Shown: positions 1 to 13,254, numbered from the stretch's first letter. The stretch: 64,000 bases of DNA from Eledone cirrhosa (GCA_964016885.1 OZ024751.1:15872001-15936000); one strand, 5' to 3'. Translations and numbers: made by a program. Notes: generated by a model from the letters alone, not told the origin.

Positions 1-112
1 TCTTTATATATATATATATATATATATAAACACACTCATACCCACAGATAAACATATAAACTTACATTCGTATATACTGATATAAATTCGTACATACATA
101 CATACACATATT

Positions 113-171
<59 letters not shown>

Positions 172-186
172 ATATATATGTATATA

Positions 187-285
<99 letters not shown>

Positions 286-427
286 AGTATCGAGAGAAGA
301 AGAGATAGGCGATACATATAGTTATTTGCCAATAGCATATGCAAATGTGTTCAATACTTGTGCCTGTAGTATTAAATATTGGAAGTGTTAATATCTCGTC
401 GGCGAGAAAATAAGCAGAGCCGATATA

Positions 428-539
428 AGTGAAAAAATATATAAAGAAGAACAAACCGTTAAAATATGTTTAACATAAATATTTAAAACATAAATAAACA
501 TGTTTTAACGGTTTGCTCTCCTTTATATATTTTTTCACT
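428..539. repeat. Fold-back inverted repeat ending a short (TA)n-flanked element
   Basis: agtgaaaaaatatataaag..aaaccgttaaaa is mirrored by ttttaacggttt..ctttatatattttttcact; (TA)n follows directly. Confidence 0.8.
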
Positions 540-659
540 ATATATATATATATATTTATATATATTTATATATATTTATATATATATATGTATGTATATA
601 TATGAATATACATATATAAACATATATATACATATATATACATATATATACATATAAGT

Positions 660-982
660 CAAATGATGTTGACTTGTTCTTCTTTTTGGTAAATATCATC
701 TTGGTTAAGAGAGTGGGACTGGCTTTGTGCAGAGCCTTTGCTCACTATAAAAGCTTCACGGCACAGGCATTTCTTTATATCTGCAGATCTCTCTGCACTT
801 GTCGTCACATGGCACCATGGGCCCAGCACTATGTGTCAATAATTGTCACAAGTGTAGTGTTTGTACCAGAGTTTTCAAGTCGCTGGCTGGACTAAAAAGT
901 CACACTCGTTCAGCGTATCGGTAGGGGTTCTCCTACATGGATATAAAGTAGAGCCGTACTCGAAAACGAGTTGGCAACCACC
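660..982 (+). mobile_element. RTE-like LINE 3' end fragment with C-terminal zinc-finger-like motif
   Basis: Encodes CSVCTRVFKSLAGLKSHTR; near-identical copies at 9389-9760 (-) and 46800-47124 (+). Confidence 0.7.
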
Positions 983-1068
983 ATATATATGTATATATAT
1001 ATATATATATAATATAAGATCAAAAGATGGTTAAAAGAGTTCCAAGTATTTTATTATGCGCATTTCAA

Positions 1069-1100
<32 letters not shown>

Positions 1101-1562
1101 ATCCTTATCGAGGCCTCTTCAGATTTTAGTCTTCACAGTTATTACTATATACATATATATATATATCCTTTTCATCCCATCATCATATCTGAGGGTCAAG
1201 GGTGATAGACTTATGGACCAGCACTCTCCATCTCTTCCTGTCTCGTGCCACTGCCATACAATCCGTCAACCTCATCCCCGTCCATTCTTTAATTTCATCT
1301 GCCTATGTCCTTTTCTGCCGTCCCCTGGCAATTCCCCCCTGTATTTTTCCCTCAAGGATGTGGGTAGTCAAATGTTGGGCCCTGATGACATGACCAAAAT
1401 ACTGAAGTATATATATATATATATATATATATTAAATTCAAAAGTATATATGTATATAATTAGACATAGTCACATATACATATATGAGATTGGCTACCTT
1501 TCACGGTGTGGCTCAATGAAGAATTAATTAAGCAAATAATTATTAATCAGAGCTATATATAA

Positions 1563-2015
1563 AATTGCAAGTTTGAAAAATTATTAGATAAAATATATAC
1601 AGCATTTCCTCTCCCTAGTCCGTAGAAATCAACCACATAAATAATCATTTAAACGCGGCTATAAGTTTAAAAATGTAACTATGATCCAGGATCCAAGATC
1701 GGATATATCCGCAGAAAAGAAACGAAATTGCCGGTAGTCGGGACTAGAGGAATGTTGGTAAAGTTCTATTTTACACCTAACTCCGTGTAGTTGATTATTT
1801 GTCGAGTCAATTTCTACGGGCTAAAAGGAATGACTAGATAAATTTTATCTGGCTGTCCCTCACGGAAGATAGCCTGTATCATTTGTCTATTATTTCTTCA
1901 TAGTTACACTTTAAACTGATAGCCTCGTTTAAATGATTATTTATGTGGTCGATTTCTACAGACTAGGAAGAGGAAATACTGTATATATTTTATCTAATAA
2001 TTCTTCAAACTTGCG

Positions 2016-2017
<2 letters not shown>
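1563..2017. mobile_element. Element with ~120-bp imperfect inverted arms next to (TA)n
   Basis: 1563-1684 is the reverse complement of ~1898-2017; no convincing HHR core found. Confidence 0.7.
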
Positions 2018-2068
<51 letters not shown>

Positions 2069-2069
2069 T

Positions 2070-2196
2070 TATTAAAATAACAGATTAAATTTTAAGCAAA
2101 GAATCGCTGCTTTCACCCTTAACGGGATCTTCAGAAGATCCCGTTAAGGGTGATAGCAGCGATTCTTTGCTTAAACTTTAATCTGTTATTTTAATA
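2070..2196. repeat. Near-perfect palindrome of an HHR-bearing PLE terminus, centred in the ribozyme core
   Basis: Centre at 2133 (tcttc-a-gaaga); arms match 5968-6035 and 58648-58721. Confidence 0.85.
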
Positions 2197-2254
2197 TGTT
2201 GATTCAAAACTGCACTATTCACAAGTGTTTTTTAACCTTCATATCATGTCTTCC

Positions 2255-2325
2255 TATTTTATCTGATGAAAAGACAAATATTATTGCATGATGATATTTG
2301 TTTTTGAAATGCGCATAATAAAATA
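2255..2325 (+). ncRNA. Type I hammerhead ribozyme (canonical core)
   Basis: UAUUUUAU-CUGAUGA-[16-bp stem II]-GAAA-UGCGCA-UA|AUAAAAUA; 8-bp stem I, palindromic stem III; inverted partial copy at 1012-1067. Confidence 0.88.
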
Positions 2326-3461
2326 CATGGAACTCTTTTAACCATCTTTTGATCTTATATATTATATTTATATATATATATATTTATAAACATTTAAAAA
2401 TTTATATATATATATATATATTTATAAAAAACCACGATAATATTGCTTTTTGCTGAACTCCTTATTGTAGAGTTTTTTTCGGAATGTTTTTTGACTGTTG
2501 TTTCTTGTAAACAAACATTCATTTCATTCTGACGTCACCAGCCCTGTTTTTCTCATGTGCGTTTTATTTTTCATAATCACGCATGATGGTGAACTACCCT
2601 GTTTTAAGATTCCCTTTTTGGCATATTAATCTGTGAGAATCCTGGTTATCGGGTTGAGCTCTGCTGATGATCGAATTCCAACCGGGAACATCTCCACTGA
2701 AAGTTTTCGTGAAATAGTCTTTAAGACTATGCAGAGCATTTGAAGTTTTTCCAAATTGAAGGATGAGTATTTTAAACTTTATTTTATCATGAGTTAAGGC
2801 TCTATTGATTTTTCCCTGGATTTCACTAAATTCTGTGGATGAATCTATATCCTGATTCTCTTTGAGATGATTTTGAATTATTTTTACCACATCTACGTTA
2901 ACTATTTTTCCCATTTTGACGCTATAGTCACTTATATATTATGGTATACTGTTGGCTTTTCGCTACAATGTTTTCTATACCTTTCATTTATATATTTATA
3001 TATATGTATATATATATATGTATGTGTGTGTGTGTGTGTATATGTGTGTGTATATATATATATATGTATGTGTATATATATATGTATGTATATGTTTGTG
3101 TATATGTATGTGTATGTGTATGTGTGTGTGTGTGTATGTATTTATTTATATGTATGTATGTGTATGTGTAATTGTGTGTATTGCTTACCACGTGTGTTTG
3201 TTCATTTATTTGCGTCCTTTCCTGTATCGCTGTCAACGTTATAATGATGTTTACATCTATTTTTATTTTTATGTGACGGCCTATATGGTCGTCTATTGTT
3301 TTTTATTTTTATTATTACATTTTTTCTTATAATTAATTGTGTGTGCGCGTATGTAGGTGTTTGTACATATATCTATATTTGTGTGTGCGTATGTATGCGT
3401 GTATATATGTATGTATGTGTGTGTATGTACGTGTGTATATATGTATGATTATGTGTGTATT

Positions 3462-3492
<31 letters not shown>

Positions 3493-3812
3493 TTGTGCAT
3501 TTGTGTGTATGTGTATGTATGGATATGTGGATATATGTGTGTGTATGTATATGTATGTATATTTGTACGTGTATATATATGTTTATGTATATATATGTAT
3601 GTATATATGTATATATATATATATATATATATGTATATCTATATATGTGTGTGTATGTAAATGTGTGCGTGCGCGCGCGTGTGTGTGTGCATGTGTGTTT
3701 ACCTACTTTTATACTTATTCTTTTTCCTTTCCTTCTTCCTTTTCCAGCCTCACTTTCACATAGATTATATTTTTGTTTTTAAAATCCACTGTCAATAAAT
3801 ACACCAGGATTT

Positions 3813-3873
3813 TTTCATTCTGATGATTGAAAGCAAATTTTGTTTGCTTTCAAGAAACCACTGGTAAATGAAA
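3813..3873 (+). ncRNA. Type I hammerhead ribozyme (canonical core)
   Basis: UUUCAUU-CUGAUGA-UUGAAAGCAAAU(UUU)GUUUGCUUUCAA-GAAA-CCA(C)UGG-UA|AAUGAAA; 7-bp stem I, 12-bp stem II, GUA site; ends ~35 nt before (TA)n. Confidence 0.9.
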
Positions 3874-4390
3874 TAATTATCTTATGTTGTTTATTACATA
3901 ACTATATTTATATATATATAAGTGTGTGTGTGTAAATGAAGTAATTCCGCCGGAAAGGTCCAGGAAAAAGAGTGCTCTATGTAGGTTAAAAAAAAAAAAT
4001 TAAAAAAATAAAATATATATATATATATATATAGACGGAAATAATTATATAATCAATTTTATAGCGTCATTAAATGAAATACAAATAATTACAACCAGAA
4101 GAGATATAAGAAAAAAAACTAAAAAAAAACCAAAAAAAAATACGACAAATTAAATAGACAATTAATTTGGCTCGACACAAGGCCCATTCTTGTGTGAATT
4201 ATGTCGACCAATTTAGCCTAATTATTCCATGAAATTTTGTGAAAACTATTTTAGTACCCCAAAGATGAAAGGCCGACATCTCTGCAAGCGTAGTTTGATG
4301 TTAAGAGTATTTCATATAGAAATATTTTCATTACAATCATATATAATCTCTAATTATTTTCTTTCAACCAGATCTTGCACTATTATTTAA

Positions 4391-4539
4391 ATTGGCAGAA
4401 TCGTTAGAGCGTCGGACAAAATGGTTTGTGGCATTTACCGATAGTTGCGGCTCTTTACCTTCTGTGTTCAAATTCCATCGAGGTTAGCTTTGTCTTTCAT
4501 CCTTACAGGGGTCCATTGAATAAAGCAGCAGTATTGCAC

Positions 4540-4540
<1 letters not shown>
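4391..4540 (+). mobile_element. Diverged copy of the tRNA-headed SINE family
   Basis: tggcagaatcgttag A-box, gttcaaattcc B-box, ctttcatcctt..gggg core. Confidence 0.7.
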
Positions 4541-4585
<45 letters not shown>

Positions 4586-4820
4586 AAGTCCCTTGACTTC
4601 TGTAGTTGTCTGGGGGATCCTACTGCAGAAACAGCACACATTTAAAATAGTCTATCAACGGCGGTCGTCAACAAATCAACTGTCGTCATTTGCACACACT
4701 CTTTGACTCGGTGCCTTGCATGAGGGTCTTGTACAGGCTGTGACATGGCCACTGGACACAGGAATCGTCACAGCATCCTTCGTCACAATTATGCCTACAG
4801 CACCACAAGTCACAAATATT

Positions 4821-5330
4821 CCAACAGTGCCACCGGTCACAATTATTCCCACAGCACTAATACACACAGGAATCCCCACAGCATCCAACAGTGCCACCGG
4901 TCACAATTATTCCCACAGCACTAATACACACAGGAATCCCCACAGCATCCAACAGTGCCACCGGTCACAATTATTCCCACAGCACTAATACACACAGGAA
5001 TCCCCACAGCATCCAACAGTGCCACCGGTCACAATTATTCCCACAGCACTAATACACACAGGAATCCCCACAGCATCCAACAGTGCCACCGGTCACAATT
5101 ATTCCCACAGCACTAATACACACAGGAATCCCCACAGCATCCAACAGTGCCACCGGTCACAATTATTCCCACAGCACTAATACACACAGGAATCCCCACA
5201 GCATCCAACAGTGCCACCGGTCACAATTATTCCCACAGCACTAATACACACAGGAATCCCCACAGCATCCAACAGTGCCACCGGTCACAATTATTCCCAC
5301 AGCACTAATACACACAGGAATTCCCACAGC
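4821..5330. repeat. Minisatellite, 64-bp unit, ~8 near-identical copies
   Basis: Unit ccaacagtgccaccggtcacaattattcccacagcactaatacacacaggaatccccacagcat starting at 4821, 4885 and onward. Confidence 0.95.
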
Positions 5331-5587
5331 TTCACCGGCCGCAGCCCCTAAATTAGTTCCATTGGAAGCTGATGGGATCACTTTATTCGCTGTGCAACAA
5401 ACCTTAGAGGTGTCAGAAACCATTATTTTATGCCAGAAATCAATATCCTATGCTAGAAATCAATATTTTGTAATAGAAACCAATATTTCATAACAGAAAT
5501 CAATATGTTATAAATGTCAGAAGTCAATATCTTATGTTAGAAATCGATATTTTATAAAAGAAATCAATATTTCATAACAGAAATTAA

Positions 5588-6486
5588 TCTATATATCTAA
5601 AACAGAGAATGTCTGTCTGTCTGTCCCCCTAAAACTCGAGAACCACCCTACCGATTTTTTTCAAACTTCACACATGTAATACTTGTGGTCGTGTGAATGT
5701 TTTGATCAAAAAATATTTCAAATGTTCAATGCCCTAGGCTCCGTATTAGGCGCCGGTTAGCGATCTCTCTCTCTCTTTCTTAGTCTGTCCCTTTAGATAG
5801 ATACATAGCCAAAACGTCGCGCCCTTATAATATCTGTCTGTATGTCTGGTATCTGCATTACAACATTTTGAAAACGTTTCCACGGACCAAAGTTTCGTCT
5901 TCCTGTTTTCCTTCGGCGGCAATGTTTTTCGAAATATTTACCTCTGCGTTCACAGATGGATTTTTTTAGTTTCAGAAGATCCCGTTAAGGGTTAAAGCAG
6001 CGATTCTATGCTCAAACTTTAATCTGTTATTTTAATATATATATGTATAATTATATATTCGTGTACAGATATTTTTGCATACACAAAAACAAAATATAAA
6101 CAAACGTATTTATTTCATGAAAGCACAGACGGCTTATCGTCATTGTTACTGCCGATATGCCACCCACAAGGCCAGCAATTACATAGTCAATGGTTCGGAA
6201 ATGACATGTATCACTGACGAGTTTACTCCTTACTCTACCAGTTAGTCTTAGTATACTTCGTCCTGCTTTTAGGTCATGCCTCGAAAGAAGAGATACTCCA
6301 TTGGCCGAAATACTGCGAAAGCGGCAAGAAAAAGAACAAGGCAGGCAAACGAATCGTCAGTGGAATCTGCTATTCGACGGTCGCAAAGTCGAGGTATTCC
6401 ATACTTCTCTGTACTGTTTCAGAAAGGAGGGATAAACATGCCAATCTATGTTTAGAAGCCCGAGCAACGCCGGGCCATTCTGCTAG
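5588..6486 (+). mobile_element. Non-autonomous Helitron
   Basis: 5' TC(tatatat), (TCTG)n near 5' end, 3' hairpin cccgagcaacgccggg then CTAG, A|T insertion site; relic MPRKKRYSIGRNT N-terminus at ~6277. Confidence 0.85.
5968..6018 (+). ncRNA. Degenerate hammerhead (CAGAAGA family) nested in the Helitron
   Basis: AGUUU-CAGAAGA-UCCC(GUUAA)GGGU-UAAA-GCA..UGC-UC|AAACU; GAAA mutated to UAAA. Confidence 0.6.
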
Positions 6487-9348
6487 TATGTTATAAATGT
6501 CAGAAACCATTATTTCATGTCAGAAATTATTGTAAGATAACGAGAAGAAAATTGAAATAAATTCACAGCTCACGATGCCTATACAGGTTTAGCAGGTCCT
6601 CTATAAGGTCGTAGGTCATCAGAGGATTCTCGTGTTTTTTAACGATATGGCCCCCGCCCTCCTATCACACAAATTATCATGAAATATAGTGTCTTAATCA
6701 AGAACAAAACAATTGTAATATTGACAAAGAAATAGAACTAAAATCATACACTCTCCCACTTAAATCATGATTTTGACTGCCACTTTCAATGAGACGCGTA
6801 AGTAGATATAGAAAAAAAGTGTTCTTAAAATATCTTAACCTGCAAAAATCAACTTTGACTTTTAAACCCTCGGGGTTAATACAATGAAGTATCAGTTAAA
6901 TTTTGGGATGGATATAATCAACTCTTCTTTTCAAGTAAATTTAACAATTCGGTAATTTTAATATCAGACAAAATTCCAAACATACAACTAAAGTATACAG
7001 CATATATAAATCACCGCACATGCCGATAACTATAAATGCTCATAGAGACATGATCAATTTACTAGAATTTGGAACCAGGGTAAAATCAGCACGACTCTCC
7101 AGTCCAATCCAATCCAATCTAACTCAGGGTCTTCTCACTCCTGATGGAGGAATCCCTCCCTGGTTGACCTTTATCGCTTTCTTTTTAGTTTTGGTCATGT
7201 CTTCAAGGGTGTAGCTATACTCACCACACTTGGTGAAATGCAGAATTTATATTATTCTATATTTACTATTATATTTTCATGGTAAAGGCTTTATATCACT
7301 TAATATGGAACTTATGAAATGTTGATGATGTTATTATTTATTTTGAGGAAAATACTTTAATGACAGTATGAGCGGCTGGTTATGGCCGGTTTGAACAGAA
7401 AGAGGTGAGAGAATTCTGGCCGATTTAAATGCTAAAGGGTTAAACGATAATTGGAGTGGATGGTAGTTGACTCTGAAGTGTTCATCCGCCCATTAACAGT
7501 TCTTGTTTTTTTTGTACTGCTGGAGTTCCACTTACCCTCCTCGCCAGACCAGGGTCTGGTGGAGAAGCCGGTTTAGTCACCGATCATTCGAATATAAAGT
7601 AGCTTGTATTAGGTTACATGGTACCAGTAGCAGGCAGAAGCCTGACCTGACAGTACGACTCTAGGACCCAACAATAACCAATGTTAGTAGCAGAATACAG
7701 CCCCATTAACCTTATAAAGGACGGGATAGTTATGGGTGAAAGTCATTTGATCAAGGTCTGCTCATTTACGATTTATATGTGGCTAAACAACAACAGCAAC
7801 AACAACCATGGTATCAACAGATTTCACGGGAACATTATCTTATCAAACCAACCAAGTCTTTACCAAACAGCTATAAGATGGAGTCCCCCATTTAAATGAT
7901 TGACAATACTATTATCTCATTACTTATGAATAGTCTTCACAACGTATGATCGTCTCTTAAGGCGACTGCACGATTATATCAGGAATGCTAGATTTTCTCT
8001 TCAGATTCAGCAAATAAATCGGCTCTGAATAGTTTTTATTCATGAACTATGCAGCTGTTATCTTCACAATCATTATAGACCGTTTGACCTGATTGACCTA
8101 AACACTGCAATAACATTCTGGCATACTCTATCCTCATCAATAAAACCCCCCTTCACCCCCCCTCCATTACAACTACTCTACAATAGTTGCTATCCCGCTT
8201 TGTCTTCATAATCACGCCTGCCTCTGCCCCCCTCTTCACTATGACTATAGTATCTTATCATATTTACTTAGTTTTACGCTCAATTTTACACCCTTCCCAG
8301 CCAGTTCTATTTTCTCTTGGAAAATTGCAAATACCTAAAGTAACCAAGCCAATTAAACCAGCGGAACTAATCTGTCTGGGAAGACAACCGAAGGCTACGC
8401 TATATCTATGTATAACTGATAATATTGTACAACTACCTAGCCGTCTGTGAATCTAGAAATATATTTGTTTTCATTGTATTCAAACGTGTTCATTTGTTTT
8501 TCAGAATATTTAATAAATGTGATATCATAACACAGAAGGTCTTTATGTATTGTCTTAAGAATATACGATCGATTATAATATTAAACATACGAAAATCTGA
8601 TTTATGTTTTATATTCTAGTAATTTTATTATGTAATGCCGGTAAAGATTTTATATTCTCTACGGTATGTATCTTCGTCTATGCCTTTTATGGTTCTATTC
8701 TAAGAAACAAACACAAATAAAAACTTATGTACATACTTTCTTCTTCTTCTTCTTCTTCTTCTTCTTCTTTGCTTCTTTTTTGGAAAATTTTATTATTTTT
8801 GTAGCAAATTTGATTAACGGAGATAAACCTCGCGCTCCGGGATATACAAAAACAAGTGTTCTTAAGATATCTTAACCTGCAGAAATCAACTTTGACTTTT
8901 AACCCATTGGGGGACTAGTAACATGAAGTACTAGTTACATTTTTGGGTGGATATGATCAAATCTCCTTTTCGTCAAAATTTGAAGCCTTGTGCTTTTGGA
9001 AGAAATAAGGATTTCTAATTTAGGCACAATACTAACAATGTTAGCCATCTTCATGATCAAGTGGTCGGTCAAGTGGTCGGCGTCTGAGCCGGGTCCCTCC
9101 CACCAGAAAATGGTCTGGTGAGGAGTGTAGGTTGAACCCCAGCAAGCCCCCTCCCCAAAGCAAGAGCTGCTAAAGGGCGGATGAACTCCTCAGAGTCAAA
9201 CTGACATATGTTGCTGCCTACCTAAAATTTCCACCCTTGGGTCATATATATATATACCGCTTGGTAATAATACACCGCGCATCTCCCGTCAATCTGAGTT
9301 TCTAACTCAATATATTCTGAGTTTCAAACTCAATATATACTTTTGATA

Positions 9349-9388
<40 letters not shown>

Positions 9389-9760
9389 GGTGGCTGCCAA
9401 CTCGTTTTCGAGTACGGCCACTACTTTATATCCATGTAGGAGAACCCCTACCGATGTGTTGAACGAGTGTGACTTTTTAGTCCAGCCAGCGACTTGAAAA
9501 CTCTGGTACAAACACTACACTTGTGACAATCATTGACACATACTGCTGGGCCCATGGTACCATGTGATGACAAGTGCAGAGAGATCTCCAGATATAAAGC
9601 AATGCCTGTGCCGTGAAGCTTTTATAGTGAGTAAAGGCACTGCACAAAGCCAGTCCCACTCTCTTAACCAAGATGATATTTACCAAAAAGAAGAACAAGT
9701 CAACATCATTGGATACCATCAGGGTTGCAGGTGTTATATCAGAGTTTTCCTTCTCCTAGA
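9389..9760 (-). mobile_element. RTE-like non-autonomous element fragment
   Basis: Reverse complement of 46755-47124. Confidence 0.75.
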
Positions 9761-9875
9761 ATACATACATACATACATACATGCATGCATGCATACATAC
9801 ATACATACATACATACATACATACATACATACATACATACATACATACATACATACATACATACATGTATGTATG

Positions 9876-9949
<74 letters not shown>

Positions 9950-9950
<1 letters not shown>

Positions 9951-10429
9951 TAGAATTTCCTATTTCAGAAGAAATACTGTATGTTTAAAATAAACATTTG
10001 GAGAGCCGTAGCTATTCGTAAACACCACCGACTAACGCCGTCTGGCGGTGTCCAGCAGATACAAGGGGGACAATCGTGGATGCGCATTTCGAAGTGAATT
10101 GGTCCTCATCAGCACGATCCCTCTCACTCTTGCAACTACTGCACTTTGAAAACAGGCGTGAATATAGGGTTTTCTCGTCTGTGTAAATGAGGTGATTAAT
10201 CTCAATGCTTATGAAGCTGTATAAGTTGGTTCAACTTATAATAGAATAGAAATACAATTTAGCTTCAGACATAGTTGTATACAGATTTGTGTTGGAATTT
10301 CGTATTTCAGAGGAAATACTGTATGTTTAAAATAAACATTTGGAGAGCCGTAGCTATGCCAAAACATCAGCGAAAACGCCGACTGGCGGTGTCCAGCAGA
10401 AGCAAAGGGGACAATCGTGGATGCGCATT
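9950..10429 (-). mobile_element. Retrozyme/pLTR-like element with ~140-bp direct repeats
   Basis: 9950-10089 repeats at 10292-10429; abuts (TA)n; carries an HHR. Confidence 0.75.
10073..10118 (-). ncRNA. Type I hammerhead ribozyme (canonical core)
   Basis: AUCGUG-CUGAUGA-GGA..UUC-GAAA-UGCGCA-UC|CACGAU; 6-bp stem I, palindromic stem III. Confidence 0.88.
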
Positions 10430-10782
10430 ATATTTTTGAGGATATTATAATGATAATTATGTCAATTTTTATAAATTTCTTCATGAAATTAGGAGAATAA
10501 TCTTTAGAAAAGTATTTACTTATGTAAAAATAAAAACACACATACTATCTGTGTTTGCATGCATAATTCTTTTTTTATATTCAGCATGAGTCATAAGTAA
10601 ATGGGGAGTCAGTGCATATTTTTTCATTGCAAGGTTCAGAGATAACTTTCTGAACATCTGCTTATTTATGTGTGATCAGATCAACCATGCTTATATATTT
10701 TACAAAGCCACTTTCGTTTGATGTATTTACAATTTCGTCATGAATAACGCCAGAATTTTAGTAATTATTATCATTTGTGCAT

Positions 10783-10960
10783 TGGCAGTATCGGTAGAGG
10801 GTCGGATACCATGCTTTGATGAATAGAGTTACGGCCCTTTCCATTCTGAGTTCAAATCCCGCCGAGGTTAACTTTGCCTTTCATCCTTACGGGGTCGATA
10901 AAATAAAGTACCAGTAATGCACTGGATTAATTGCTGGCTTTGTGACAAAAGTAGAAACAA
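10783..10960 (+). mobile_element. SINE (young family) with TSD attatcatttg
   Basis: A/B boxes and family core; direct repeat on both flanks. Confidence 0.85.
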
Positions 10961-11011
10961 TTATCATTTGAAATATAAATATATATGCTGGACTGCCCGA
11001 TTACTTATGAC

Positions 11012-11050
<39 letters not shown>

Positions 11051-11172
11051 GGTGTGGGATGTTTAATGCGTCCGTATGCGGTAGGCCGTTTGAGCACTCG
11101 ATGCTTTTACAGAGCAGAGTATAATATTACATAAGAAACGGAGAATCAGTGGTGCGACGAATACAATTTATT

Positions 11173-11269
11173 AGACATATTACAATCGTTTCTCTGGCGA
11201 CCAACTCGAGGCACGATCGATGCAATGATCGAACCTGACTCTGAAATCGCTAGATCCTCAGATACGTCT
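11173..11269 (-). ncRNA. Hammerhead ribozyme with long stem II insert
   Basis: AGACGUAU-CUGAGGA-UCUAGCGA..UCGCCAGA-GAAA-C(GAUU)G-UA|AUAUGUCU; homologues at 12069-12165 (-) and 12224-12320 (+). Confidence 0.8.
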
Positions 11270-11299
11270 CGATTCTTCGAAGCAGAGTTTCCAACTCAT

Positions 11300-11367
<68 letters not shown>

Positions 11368-11458
11368 ATTGTATAAAGTAAACAGAAATAACAAAGAAAA
11401 ATGACAGAGTACATTGAATAAATGTATTCGTTTAACCCTTGAAATAGTAGGAAAAGAG

Positions 11459-11494
11459 CCTTAACTATTTCGGACACTAGTCCTTCATTAGAAT
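11459..11494 (-). ncRNA. Degenerate minimal hammerhead (family of 27760)
   Basis: CUAAUGA-AGGAC(UAGU)GUCC-GAAAUAGUU; core position G5 mutated. Confidence 0.5.
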
Positions 11495-11595
11495 TAGAAA
11501 TAGAAGATAAACAGAAAGAAAAGAGTATAAAGAGGAAGGAACGGGGAAAATGAGAGAAAAAGGGAAGAAAAAGGAACACACGTAAATTAAGTGAG

Positions 11596-11629
<34 letters not shown>

Positions 11630-11989
11630 TCATACTTCTCGCCCCCTTCACCACCTCTTCTACGGCTTCGATATAAATACCCCCTCCGCCTCCGTGGTAT
11701 TTTCTTCGGGGTTATAAGAGGCTTAGCTCTGTTTCTCGACCGTTATATCGCGTGACTATCTCCCCCTCCGCCTTTTGGGATTCTTTCTCACGTCGTGTAG
11801 ACGCGTTCTTGAGACTAGTAAAATGAGGTATCCTCTTGATAAGTCGGCAGACCTCGCAGGGACTCTATATTTTTATGATGTATTGTTTTTGTTTATGCCA
11901 CGAAACTACGTAGTCGAGGAATCTAGGAGCAGTTTAGGTATGATACATTTTATTACTAATTATATCTAAATGTTTCTTCTCTCTTCATA

Positions 11990-12026
<37 letters not shown>

Positions 12027-12029
12027 ATC

Positions 12030-12447
12030 AGAAACGGAGAATCAATGGTGCTACGAATAAGATTTATTAGACATATTACAATCGGTTCTCTGGCGACCAG
12101 CTCGAGGTACGATAGGTGCAATGATCAATCCTGACTCTGAAATCGCCAGATCCTCAGATATGTCTCGATTCTATGAAGCAGAATTTCAAAAAATATTTTT
12201 GGAAACTGTGCTTCGTAGAATCGAGACATATCTGAGGATCTTGCGATTTCAGAGTCAAATTTGATCATTGCACCGATCGTGCCTCGAGCTGGTCGCCAGA
12301 GAACCGATTGTAATATGTCTAATAAATCTTATTCGTCGCACCATTGATTCTCCGTTTCTGATGTGATATTATACTCTGCTCTGTAAGAGCATCGAGTGCT
12401 CAAACGGCAAACAGCTTACGGACGCTTTAAGCATCCAACACCAATTA
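12030..12447. mobile_element. Fold-back HHR element (arms 12030-12190 and 12200-12360)
   Basis: Inverted arms each carry an HHR with GAAC in place of GAAA; 12206-12447 is an inverted homologue of 11047-11295; (TA)n flanks. Confidence 0.8.
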
Positions 12448-12455
12448 TATATATA

Positions 12456-12915
12456 CTAGCAGATTTACCCGGCGTTGCCCGGGGTTTGAAATTATGCTAA
12501 GAATATACAGCTAGGAAGTAAATTGAATGGAAAATCCCATAAGGATTTAGATTTTATGGGTTTGCTGACACAGGCATGTGACTTAGAAGAAAATCGAGGC
12601 TCGCTTAAGAGCCTTGTATTGACAAACAAATGTACAAGCTACAGCTGAAAAGTTGTAGGTCCCAACAGGTTGAATGGAAAGTCCATAAGGATTTTGTTTT
12701 GATTGATTTCTACCTTACATCATGCATTTTAGAAAAAATAATTTTGCTATCGATTTTTTATTGCTCAACGTGGGTCGATTTGACCATCTTCGCGACTGGT
12801 GCAACGGGCACAGAAAATCTGGTCTAATTCGGTTGGGAATTGTAAAAGCCTTAGCTGTCCAAAGTTGTCCACAGACACACACACACACACACACACACAT
12901 CCTCGTTTATATATA
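12456..12915 (-). mobile_element. Non-autonomous Helitron
   Basis: CTAG and hairpin cccggcgttgcccggg at the left (3') end; 5' end merges into (TA)n. Confidence 0.7.
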
Positions 12916-12923
12916 TATATATA

Positions 12924-13026
<103 letters not shown>

Positions 13027-13081
13027 GTGTATATATATATAAAACGAGATTAATATCCCCACAGGTACTAAGTACCCCTGG

Positions 13082-13142
<61 letters not shown>

Positions 13143-13254
13143 TATGTGTATGTGTGTGTGTGTGTGTGTAAAAGGTAAACAGAAATAACAACACAATCGG
13201 TACAGTATATGGAAGGAATATATTAGGTTAACGCTTGATATAGCAGAAATAGGG

